IMG/VR virus record: IMGVR_UViG_3300029882_000012
Coordinates: 1 to 64,000 of that record
DNA: 64,000 nucleotides
Reading direction: 5' to 3' (one strand)
Source of the DNA: a virus
Position 1 is the stretch's first letter. Each line of letters begins with the position of its first letter. Below, piece after piece: positions 8,949 to 15,932 of the stretch. Made by a program: the position numbers and the translations under genes. Under the pieces are notes generated by a model, which saw nothing but the letters and a program-made list of their open reading frames with translations, was not told where the DNA came from and made no database searches.

Positions 8949-9542
8949 TCAATATGTGTGGTTTAACCGTAAATATGGTGGATTAATTCTTTTGGTTCCG
9001 TCATAGCTTTTTTCTCCTTTATGTAAATGATGAGATTTAATGGTTAAGCATGGATTTGACATTTCATATCCCATTTTTCTCAACTCATAATTCAGTCTAT
9101 TGTCGCACCCAGGAATTTGATGATAATCACAATAGCTTGGAATTTTTATTATTCCCTTAAAAATCCAAGCATCTTGACTATCGATTTGATTAAGCAATAT
9201 TCCATTTTCATATCTTGTAATGGAAAAGCATTGATTGATCCCCGGTAATAAATTTAATGCCTCAAAATAAATATCACTATTTGATACAACATTAATATCA
9301 TCATAATTTGTTACCGCATTAACGGCATTAAAAAATGTTCTAAACGTTGGCCTAATTGTTACAGGTAAAACATTTACGTTTGTCGGCAAACCTTCCAACA
9401 CCCATTCTGCCAACTCACCACCTTCAGCCAACACCCAAACAATATCAAATACTTTGCAATTTCTTAAAAGACATTCCTTTAATTCGGATTGCCTTTTTTT
9501 ATTTTGTTCGTTGTAAAGGCTTATGAATAAGTTTGTGGTCAT
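8949..9542 (-). CDS. hypothetical protein, possible GT-A-like glycosyltransferase
   Basis: 'SLYNEQNKKRQSELKECLLRN...RPTF...SNSDIYF...SQDAWIF...GCDNRL...HHLH' pattern; weak recall only. Confidence 0.35.
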   Translation of the reverse strand: MTTNLFISLYNEQNKKRQSELKECLLRNCKVFDIVWVLAEGGELAEWVLEGLPTNVNVLPVTIRPTFRTFFNAVNAVTNYDDINVVSNSDIYFEALNLLPGINQCFSITRYENGILLNQIDSQDAWIFKGIIKIPSYCDYHQIPGCDNRLNYELRKMGYEMSNPCLTIKSHHLHKGEKSYDGTKRINPPYLRLNHTY

Positions 9543-9545
9543 TTT

Positions 9546-9680
9546 TTAATAAATCATTATTACTTCTTCGTTGCCGTCTTTTTCGGGTTCAACAAATTCA
9601 ATTTCATCCATGTTTAAATCAACGACTGTTTGGTCGTCATCAAATTCTAATAGCTTATCACGTAATTGTCCGACTGTCAT
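9546..9680 (-). CDS. small protein (44 aa), 'MTVGQL' family paralog 1
   Basis: Hand-translated MTVGQLRDKLLEFDDDQTVVDLNMDEIEFVEPEKDGNEEVIMIY; below track cutoff. Confidence 0.4.
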   Translation of the reverse strand: MTVGQLRDKLLEFDDDQTVVDLNMDEIEFVEPEKDGNEEVIMIY

Positions 9681-9691
9681 ATGTTTTTAAT

Positions 9692-9868
9692 TTATTGGGT
9701 TCTACCGTCATTTTCCATTGAAATAATCTCTACAAACCTGCCGACCGCAATTTCATCGATATTAACATATTTTTGCGTTGATCCATCTAAAGATTTCCCG
9801 TAAAATTTAACTAATAGGTTTTTATCTTCAACCTCGTTTAAGTCATCGATTAATTGCTGTACTGTCAT
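9692..9868 (-). CDS. small protein (58 aa), 'MTVQQL' family paralog 2
   Basis: Hand-translated MTVQQLIDDLNEVEDKNLLVKFYGKSLDGSTQKYVNIDEIAVGRFVEIISMENDGRTQ. Confidence 0.45.
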   Translation of the reverse strand: MTVQQLIDDLNEVEDKNLLVKFYGKSLDGSTQKYVNIDEIAVGRFVEIISMENDGRTQ

Positions 9869-9870
9869 GA

Positions 9871-10260
9871 TTATTCTATTTTAATGGTTATTTTTTTAGT
9901 TAAATCAACGTTCACATCAATAGCCGCATTTAATCCGATTAATTCATTTTTTGATTTCTCGGCTAATAGGGCTGTTTTATAGTCTTTTGTGTTGACGGTC
10001 TTTTTATAAATAAATTCAAACCTGCTTTTAGATTCCGCTATTAACTTCTTTCTATCGGGTTCAATTTCCTTTTGAATTTCGGCTGTGGCATCGTGCATAT
10101 AGTTCTCAATCTGCCTTTCAGTAACCCCCCATTTTAGGTTAGGGCTATCCGCAATAGTGCGAAATATTTCCCTTCTCCTCAATCCGCTTAAAATCATATC
10201 CATAACTATGCTCACCCTATTTTCATATTCGAGGTCTGTTATTCTATTATCTCCTGGCAT
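9871..10260 (-). CDS. hypothetical protein (HTH-like N-terminus)
   Basis: Track ORF with ATG start; sits downstream of a good promoter match. Confidence 0.55.
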   Translation of the reverse strand: MPGDNRITDLEYENRVSIVMDMILSGLRRREIFRTIADSPNLKWGVTERQIENYMHDATAEIQKEIEPDRKKLIAESKSRFEFIYKKTVNTKDYKTALLAEKSKNELIGLNAAIDVNVDLTKKITIKIE

Positions 10261-10291
10261 TATTTATTCCTTTTTTTATTTTCGTGTATAT

Positions 10292-10322
10292 CAAACCTAC
10301 GTATAAATAATTATTTTACAAA
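10292..10322 (-). promoter_or_regulatory. Bacteroidota-type promoter TTTG-N19-TAGGTTTG
   Basis: Minus strand reads TTTG(10322-10319)-19 nt-TAGGTTTG(10299-10292), about 30 nt upstream of the ATG at 10260. Confidence 0.45.
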
Positions 10323-10436
10323 AAGTTTGTGTGTTTCGCCGCACCATTTACATTTAACACTTGTTGGTTTATATCTACTATTATAATACCATTTATGTCC
10401 AAACCACTTACATATTAATTTTTTTATTTTTTTCAT
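10311..10436 (-). CDS. small zinc-ribbon protein (DUF1660-like, 41 aa)
   Basis: MKKIKKLICKWFGHKWYYNSRYKPTSVKCKWCGETHKLFVK; C-x-x-x-GH-x-W...C-x-x-C pattern; ATGA overlap upstream. Confidence 0.4.
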   Translation of the reverse strand: MKKIKKLICKWFGHKWYYNSRYKPTSVKCKWCGETHKLFVK

Positions 10437-10582
10437 TTCTTTTTAGCATTTAATATTGCTGACTTTCTATTTAATGGCAGTATTTCGAGGTAGTACTCAA
10501 TTTCCTTTTGGCTATATGTTGGCTTTTTTCGCTTATTAGCTATCTTTTCAAGTCTCTCAAACCGCGTTGGGTTTCTCTCCAT
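10433..10582 (-). CDS. small basic protein (49 aa)
   Basis: MERNPTRFERLEKIANKRKKPTYSQKEIEYYLEILPLNRKSAILNAKKK; ATGA-coupled to the next ORF. Confidence 0.35.
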   Translation of the reverse strand: MERNPTRFERLEKIANKRKKPTYSQKEIEYYLEILPLNRKSAILNAKKK

Positions 10583-10584
10583 CC

Positions 10585-10731
10585 CTATAATAATAAATCA
10601 AGGCTTTTCATATATTTAAAAAGCTTAAGCGTATGGTTTCGAGAATAATTCTTCTTGCTCATAGTCATGTCTTTGAATACCTTAAATCTTTTTCGACTAT
10701 CAAAATTCGGATTAATTACGTCTTTATGCAT
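10585..10731 (-). CDS. small protein (48 aa)
   Basis: MHKDVINPNFDSRKRFKVFKDMTMSKKNYSRNHTLKLFKYMKSLDLLL; fills the gap between track ORFs. Confidence 0.3.
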   Translation of the reverse strand: MHKDVINPNFDSRKRFKVFKDMTMSKKNYSRNHTLKLFKYMKSLDLLL

Positions 10732-10752
10732 GATATTTAATTATTAACTGTT

Positions 10753-11001
10753 TTAAAGTACCTCACAAGTATTAGTATGTGCTATCAAAAAGTCTTGTCG
10801 CTTTGCCTCTCTCATATCTTCATGTTCTAAAATGAATTCCAATGCCTCGGTTTTGGTCGGTGAATTAACCACGTAAAGCTGTGATTTTATATTTTTATCA
10901 CTCTCTCGGTAAAGTACAATACAAACTGCAAATTTTTTCATTTTACTTTTGCTATTATGCGTTAAAATCATTTTCCTCGATAACCCAATAGCTACTTTCA
11001 T
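10753..11001 (-). CDS. hypothetical protein
   Basis: Track ORF; start uncertain (47-nt overlap with the upstream ORF; internal ATGs exist). Confidence 0.45.
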   Translation of the reverse strand: MKVAIGLSRKMILTHNSKSKMKKFAVCIVLYRESDKNIKSQLYVVNSPTKTEALEFILEHEDMREAKRQDFLIAHTNTCEVL

Positions 11002-11167
11002 TTACTAAAATGGGTTGGTTTAATACCCTATCTATCAACACGAAATAATTGTCTCCGACATAATCTATTTCACCGTTATTGTGGATGTTTTCATTGCAAC
11101 CAATTCCATGTAAATAACAATCGTTGGTTCTCATTCCTATGGATGGTGTGAAATTAAAATCGCTCAT
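10955..11167 (-). CDS. hypothetical protein
   Basis: Track ORF, 4-nt overlap upstream. Confidence 0.45.
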   Translation of the reverse strand: MSDFNFTPSIGMRTNDCYLHGIGCNENIHNNGEIDYVGDNYFVLIDRVLNQPILVNESSYWVIEENDFNA

Positions 11168-11445
11168 TTTTTAATACTTAGTCGCTTTTCTGCCATGTCT
11201 GCCAATTCAAGTACCTTTTTATTATCAACCTGAAACTTAAATCCAATGGCCTCCATACCATCTTCGCATAAGGGTATGGCGATACTATTAATCCCATTGT
11301 TATAATAATCGGGCTGTGATTGTATTTGCGCTTCTGTATAATGTCCCGCTGTAAATGGATAATTAGTATATCCAGCGTTGTTTGCTCTCCAAAAACACGG
11401 TTGTTTCTTGGTTGAATGTTTTAGTGAAAATATTATGTATTCCAT
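11164..11445 (-). CDS. hypothetical protein
   Basis: Track ORF; no motif recognised. Confidence 0.5.
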   Translation of the reverse strand: MEYIIFSLKHSTKKQPCFWRANNAGYTNYPFTAGHYTEAQIQSQPDYYNNGINSIAIPLCEDGMEAIGFKFQVDNKKVLELADMAEKRLSIKK

Positions 11446-11455
11446 GATTATTTAT

Positions 11456-12010
11456 TTATCGATTCCACGTTGTCGTTTTAACTTCGGCATTCGCTTTTAT
11501 CTTTTCAATTTCCTCGCTGATATTTGCCAATTCAGATGGATAAAAAGAGAACAATATAAACGTCTTTTTAAACGCTTTTTCTTCTTTTTGTTCGTGCGGT
11601 AAAATCTTGGAATCGGTGTCCGGCAACCCCCAATCATTCAAAAGGTTAATATCCCAATCACCATGAGTTAGGGCATCCCAATCGTTTTCACCGTACTCGA
11701 TGTTATCTTTTATGGTATAGGCTTTCAATTTTTCAATTGGTGTGTCGGCTGGTAGCACCTTGCAATAACATTTTTTATACTTCAATTCTTGCTGTGCCGT
11801 TAGCCTCATATTACCCGCAATTGCCACGTAATCTTCGCCCAATGGGAATACAATCAACTCCCTTAATTCAAGCATTTCGGGGTCGTCCTGTATAGATTTG
11901 AGTAGCTTTTTATAGCGTTTATCTTTTATCGATCTCGGATTTTTTGGCAATCCATCGATTTGCCCAATGTTGTGTTTGATTTTGCCAATGGCTATTTGTT
12001 CTGTTTTCAT
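11456..12010 (-). CDS. ParB-like nuclease (ParB/Srx N-terminal) domain protein
   Basis: 'GLPKNPRSIKDKRYKKLLKSIQ...ELIVFP...YVAIAGNMRLTA' (ParB box motifs). Confidence 0.7.
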   Translation of the reverse strand: MKTEQIAIGKIKHNIGQIDGLPKNPRSIKDKRYKKLLKSIQDDPEMLELRELIVFPLGEDYVAIAGNMRLTAQQELKYKKCYCKVLPADTPIEKLKAYTIKDNIEYGENDWDALTHGDWDINLLNDWGLPDTDSKILPHEQKEEKAFKKTFILFSFYPSELANISEEIEKIKANAEVKTTTWNR

Positions 12011-12168
12011 GATTTGTCTTTTGTGTTTGGAATAATCCCACTTCCTAATGCAACTATAAAAGCTACGATGGCAAAAACAATATGTCCGTTATTTAATGCC
12101 CATGCCGTGAATATTAAGAATATAATCGAGGCTAAATTATAGCCTATAAATTTAAAAAGTGTTCCCAT
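12007..12168 (-). CDS. small membrane protein (53 aa)
   Basis: MGTLFKFIGYNLASIIFLIFTAWALNNGHIVFAIVAFIVALGSGIIPNTKDKS; two hydrophobic helices; ATGA overlap with the ParB-like gene. Confidence 0.4.
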   Translation of the reverse strand: MGTLFKFIGYNLASIIFLIFTAWALNNGHIVFAIVAFIVALGSGIIPNTKDKS

Positions 12169-12180
12169 TTTATTTGTTAT

Positions 12181-12480
12181 TCATAGTATTTGTCCTGTTT
12201 TAAGATAAATGGTTTGTTGAAGATTGTGGTAATGCGAAAGACAATCAAACTCAAAATCCCATTCAGGATCGTTTTTTATTTCAGTACCGTTTTTTAATGT
12301 TATCTTTTTTATTTCGGCTGCTGAATTTTCATCCCTATCACCACATGGTACAATTTCATAGTCAATAGTGGCTGCTTTACCATTTACGAACGTATCTAAT
12401 TGATAAGTTACGTCATCATATAAACGCCGTGTAATGAAGTAATATGTTGCAGTTTGAAAGTCTTTTACAATGTGTATCAT
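12181..12480 (-). CDS. hypothetical protein
   Basis: Track ORF, 4-nt overlap with the XRE gene. Confidence 0.5.
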   Translation of the reverse strand: MIHIVKDFQTATYYFITRRLYDDVTYQLDTFVNGKAATIDYEIVPCGDRDENSAAEIKKITLKNGTEIKNDPEWDFEFDCLSHYHNLQQTIYLKTGQIL

Positions 12481-12683
12481 TCTTTTTCGTTAATAATGTC
12501 AATCTCCAACTTTAGCACCTTGAGCATTTTTTCAAGTCGGGATAGCGTTGGGTTCCTTTCCCCTTTTAGATAGTAATTTAAATCTTGTTGTGCAATCTCT
12601 GTTTGCCTGCAAAATTCTGCTTTGGTCATTCCCGATTTCGTAAGTTCGGTTCTTATCAGTTCAAATATCTCGTCCTTCGTCAT
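12477..12683 (-). CDS. XRE-family helix-turn-helix regulator
   Basis: 'MTKAEFCRQTEIAQQDLNYYLKGERNPTLSRLEKMLKVL'; track start 12704 is TTG, first ATG is at 12683. Confidence 0.75.
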   Translation of the reverse strand: MTKDEIFELIRTELTKSGMTKAEFCRQTEIAQQDLNYYLKGERNPTLSRLEKMLKVLKLEIDIINEKE

Positions 12684-12704
12684 GCAATTGCTTTTTACCG
12701 ACAA

Positions 12705-12911
12705 ATCTCCAAGCCTTTTGAGCGTTGGAGTATCGGATTAAAACCAGTCTGATTGACGGGCTTAGGGGTTAATACAGGACGGTCGTTTCATAGTCAAAAC
12801 CACTTCTTTTTGTTACACCTCAAGTAAATAACAGCCTCTCGGGTATCCTTTATCGGTGTAACCGGCTACTCGGTTGTATTAATGCTACCCGTGGAACCGC
12901 CCTATACTAAC
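12705..12911 (-). ncRNA. candidate structured non-coding RNA or leader (unclassified)
   Basis: 207-nt ORF-free spacer in a dense operon, visibly more G+C-rich than flanks. Helices: GGGCGGU/ACCGUCC, AACCG/CGGUU, GUUACACC/GGUGUAAC, CUCCAA/UUGGAG. Confidence 0.3.
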
Positions 12912-13148
12912 TTATATATCTTTAGGTTTACTTACTTCTCTATAAACGCCACAAACATCATTAAAGCTATCTGTCTGCCAACACCCGCACTTGCAATCAT
13001 AGTCGTAATCCCATTCTATGAAAACGCCTCTGTTATCTTTGCATACATGAGGGCCTGAATGGTTTAATTGCTTAAGACATCCAGTAACATCATTTACTTC
13101 TTTTTGGCGATCGTGCCAAAATGTTGAACCACAAATCATTCCTGACAC
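12912..13148 (-). CDS. Cys-rich hypothetical protein
   Basis: Track ORF; multiple Cys/His (CGSTFWH...CLKQLNHSGPHVC...CKCGCW). Confidence 0.5.
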   Translation of the reverse strand: MSGMICGSTFWHDRQKEVNDVTGCLKQLNHSGPHVCKDNRGVFIEWDYDYDCKCGCWQTDSFNDVCGVYREVSKPKDI

Positions 13149-13354
13149 TCCTCAATGCTTAAAACCTTACCTGTATCAAGTTTCAAATGAATATCAAAAC
13201 TACGCGTTTCGGTATGTATCATATCCCATGCACTTATTGGCCAAATGGTTTCAAAATCTTCCTGTGGTTCTAAGTGCGGGAACTTTGTTTTAAAAGCAGT
13301 TAAGATACCTTGCTCTATTTTCTGCTTACGCTGTTCGTGTGTCATGTCCGTCAA
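13136..13354 (-). CDS. hypothetical protein
   Basis: Track ORF, 13-nt overlap downstream. Confidence 0.5.
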   Translation of the reverse strand: MTDMTHEQRKQKIEQGILTAFKTKFPHLEPQEDFETIWPISAWDMIHTETRSFDIHLKLDTGKVLSIEECQE

Positions 13355-13378
13355 GCGTTTTAAATGGTTAATAAATTA

Positions 13379-13474
13379 TTAAAAAATTGTTTTGCGGTTG
13401 CGTATAACAATAAATAAAATCGTGGCTACAAGTGCCAGTTCTAATACCATCATAATGATTGAAAATGTGTGCAT
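13379..13474 (-). CDS. hydrophobic micro-protein (31 aa)
   Basis: MHTFSIIMMVLELALVATILFIVIRNRKTIF; first ORF after the 13531-13585 promoter-like element. Confidence 0.3.
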   Translation of the reverse strand: MHTFSIIMMVLELALVATILFIVIRNRKTIF

Positions 13475-13530
13475 GATTTTTGTTTTTAAGTATTTAAAAT
13501 AAATTTCGTTTTGTTTGCTGATGTAAACAT

Positions 13531-13585
13531 ACGGATAAATACGTAATATGCAAATTTATTTTCACTTTTTTTTCAAAAATATTTT
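13531..13585 (-). promoter_or_regulatory. conserved promoter/operator element, copy A
   Basis: ACGGATAAATACGT + 6 nt + CAAATTTATTTTCACTTTTTTTTCAAAAATATTTTT; minus strand contains TAAATTTG (TAnnTTTG); near-identical copy at 23903-23957. Confidence 0.5.
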
Positions 13586-13948
13586 TCATTCAAGCAATCT
13601 TTCAATTTCAATAATCTTTCTGTTGTACTTTTTATCCATATCCATAAGGTCTTTTACGGTATCTTTTGAATAAACAACGGTGGAATGGTCTCTATTAAAA
13701 TATATCCCTATTTCTTTATAAGAGTAGATATTTTTAAGCCACATAAAGTACATGGCTATTTGTCGTGGTATCACAATCTCCCGTTTCCTGCTTTTCGACT
13801 TTATCAACGCACTTGAAATATTGAAATATGTTGTTACTACTTCCATAACATGCTCCATATAGTTAGCTGCCAAGTACTCATCCCTTATTTTCTTGAGATA
13901 ATTTTTCTGTACATGAAAGTCAATCCCCGCAAATATTTCTGCACTCAT
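13586..13948 (-). CDS. DnaA domain IV-like DNA-binding protein (no AAA+ domain)
   Basis: 'KSRKREIVIPRQIAMYFMWLKNIYSYKEIGIYFNRDHSTVVYSKDTVKDLM' matches the DnaA C-terminal HTH; ATG at 13948 in ATGA overlap. Confidence 0.7.
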   Translation of the reverse strand: MSAEIFAGIDFHVQKNYLKKIRDEYLAANYMEHVMEVVTTYFNISSALIKSKSRKREIVIPRQIAMYFMWLKNIYSYKEIGIYFNRDHSTVVYSKDTVKDLMDMDKKYNRKIIEIERLLE

Positions 13949-14493
13949 CATACTAATCCTAAATTGGCAGAACGCCAAAGCACAATATCAACCACGCTTA
14001 CTTTATCACCAGTTTGTTTTGAAAGTTGTAAGCACATTTCATTGCAGTTCGGGAATTTATAATGGTTGGCTATCCTCACTAAATGTCGGTCTGGCTTAAC
14101 CACATCATGCCCTAAGTTTTTAGCTAAATGATAGCAAGTTATTTCACCTATGAATGGTATTGTTTTTAAATACTCAATTTTATTTATTGATCGCAAATAT
14201 CCATCAAACATTGAATTATATTCACAAAGTATTTTTTTTATGGCTGCAACCTTTCCTTTGTGACCGAATACCTCTGAAATGTTACGTTTATCATTAATTG
14301 CTTGCCATATCCGGGTATGTATTAATCTTGCGATTTGTGCTTTCATTCCACTATTTAGTATAACCCAAATAGCCTCATTCCTGAAAATTATTGGGTCTGT
14401 TACTGGTTGTAATTCGGTTTGCCAGTCAATTTCATCTTGATAACCCAAATAAATAATTTCTTGCTTTAATGCTAAATAATATTCTGCTGTCAT
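13948..14493 (-). CDS. HhH-GPD superfamily (endonuclease III/DNA glycosylase-like) protein
   Basis: Helix-hairpin-helix 'IPFIGEITCYHLAKNLGHDVVKPDRHLVRIA'. Confidence 0.55.
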   Translation of the reverse strand: MTAEYYLALKQEIIYLGYQDEIDWQTELQPVTDPIIFRNEAIWVILNSGMKAQIARLIHTRIWQAINDKRNISEVFGHKGKVAAIKKILCEYNSMFDGYLRSINKIEYLKTIPFIGEITCYHLAKNLGHDVVKPDRHLVRIANHYKFPNCNEMCLQLSKQTGDKVSVVDIVLWRSANLGLV

Positions 14494-14504
14494 GTTAAAT
14501 CTAT

Positions 14505-14738
14505 TTAAAAAACATATAAATCCGAATGCTCTTTCTTAAACACTTTTTCGGCATCGTAATTATTAAAACTTAACCACAATGGAATGTCATCTACTTTATG
14601 TTTAAAGCTGATAGTGTAGTCTATGTCTTGTATTTCAAAGCAACTTTCTATTTTGTTTTTGGGTTTGAATTTTTGAGGGTTGCCGTGTTCATCGTTATCT
14701 CGGTATTTGCCTCCCATATTTATTCTATCCACCATCAA
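14505..14738 (-). CDS. hypothetical protein
   Basis: Track ORF; no motif recognised. Confidence 0.5.
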   Translation of the reverse strand: MMVDRINMGGKYRDNDEHGNPQKFKPKNKIESCFEIQDIDYTISFKHKVDDIPLWLSFNNYDAEKVFKKEHSDLYVF

Positions 14739-15142
14739 ATTCTTTTTGAGTTGTCCGAATATCCTTTGTTTTCTATTTCTTTGAGGTCTATTTCTTGGTG
14801 CTCATCGGCTGTTAATTTTGGCTTAAAATACCCGCATTCGGTGCAGAAATAACCGGGGTCATGGTCTTTTCTATCGCCACTATAACCGCTCATATATTCA
14901 TATTTGTGTAATCCTAATTGGCAATCAAATGGGGCCGTACAGTTATAATTGTGCTGTTTAAACTTTACAAATTCAATGCCCACTTGTTCTTCGGGTGCAT
15001 CTGGGTCATTTCCATTGTAACCTTTCACAACATCCATTATTGGCACTCTCATTTGAATATTTAAATAGTGCTCTCCCTTATTGATTGGATTTAAACAACA
15101 ATCACATTTATGCGGTTTATTTGCCCTAACCAATTTTTGCAT
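14735..15142 (-). CDS. Cys-rich hypothetical protein
   Basis: CDCC...C...C...CTEC pattern, possible zinc binding. Confidence 0.5.
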   Translation of the reverse strand: MQKLVRANKPHKCDCCLNPINKGEHYLNIQMRVPIMDVVKGYNGNDPDAPEEQVGIEFVKFKQHNYNCTAPFDCQLGLHKYEYMSGYSGDRKDHDPGYFCTECGYFKPKLTADEHQEIDLKEIENKGYSDNSKRI

Positions 15143-15410
15143 GGTATTTTTTGATTAGTCTTTCAAACCAGTTATCGGTCGTTTTCTTAGTCTTTTTCTT
15201 TTTCAGTTCATCCAACCTGTTTTTAACGGCAATTGGCTTTTCGAGCTTGATTAATTCCTGCTTGAAGAACGGTGCTTTAAGCTTTTTTGCCTTATGGTTT
15301 GGTGGCAAAACATAGCCTTGTTTTTGGGCTATTTCCAAACTCGTAAGATCATCAAGTATTTTCTTTGGCGTTTCCTCATTTGAAATGGCCTTCAATTGTG
15401 CTTTATTCAT
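15126..15410 (-). CDS. basic hypothetical protein
   Basis: Track ORF, Lys-rich. Confidence 0.5.
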   Translation of the reverse strand: MNKAQLKAISNEETPKKILDDLTSLEIAQKQGYVLPPNHKAKKLKAPFFKQELIKLEKPIAVKNRLDELKKKKTKKTTDNWFERLIKKYHAKIG

Positions 15411-15433
15411 GGTGTTTATGGTTTTGTTAAAAT

Positions 15434-15628
15434 TTATAATGCTTTATATTTTATACCTTTTTCATCTAAAATAAAACTGTCGATTATTATTTCACGATTC
15501 CACGGTGTATAACCTTGTATGAATGTAAACGGAATCCAAAACTCGCCTTGGTCTTTAATGTTTAGCTTCCACGCCTTATCGGTCTTTGTGGGTTGCTCGG
15601 TCAATATTAGTTTGGCTCTGTTTGTCAT
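15434..15628 (-). CDS. hypothetical protein
   Basis: Track ORF. Confidence 0.5.
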   Translation of the reverse strand: MTNRAKLILTEQPTKTDKAWKLNIKDQGEFWIPFTFIQGYTPWNREIIIDSFILDEKGIKYKAL

Positions 15629-15629
15629 A

Positions 15630-15920
15630 TCAATCGGTTATAGTTCCGCATTCTTTTGAATATTTTAGCCATTTTTCAATTTTGACTTTTTTTAAACCAC
15701 TTTCCACGGGGTCTATGTGGTATGGAATATGTTTTTCTGCAAACAATAATTCCATACAAGCTAAAATATCATTGAACTCATATACCAGTCTTTCGGCATT
15801 TGTGAGGTTTTGCCCCTCCTGTATTTCTTCTAACCCAAATCTTATTGCCTTACTTGCACGTTGGGATGTTTCATTACATTCTTCCATAAGAATAGTAAGT
15901 AGCATTTGTTGTTTGTTCAT
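15630..15920 (-). CDS. MazG-like nucleotide pyrophosphohydrolase (small all-alpha type)
   Basis: 'LMEECNETSQRASKAIRFG...' acidic helix typical of small phage MazG-like proteins. Confidence 0.45.
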   Translation of the reverse strand: MNKQQMLLTILMEECNETSQRASKAIRFGLEEIQEGQNLTNAERLVYEFNDILACMELLFAEKHIPYHIDPVESGLKKVKIEKWLKYSKECGTITD

Positions 15921-15932
15921 AATTGTTTCGTT

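Noticed and set aside
12705-12911. Matches to TPP, cobalamin, c-di-GMP or preQ1 riboswitches, and DnaA boxes, in the structured spacer
   Set aside because: I found no B12 box, no CUGAGA/ACCUGAUCUGGAUAAUGCC-type TPP core, no GNRA/receptor pair typical of GEMM, and no TTATCCACA-like box. The element stays unclassified.
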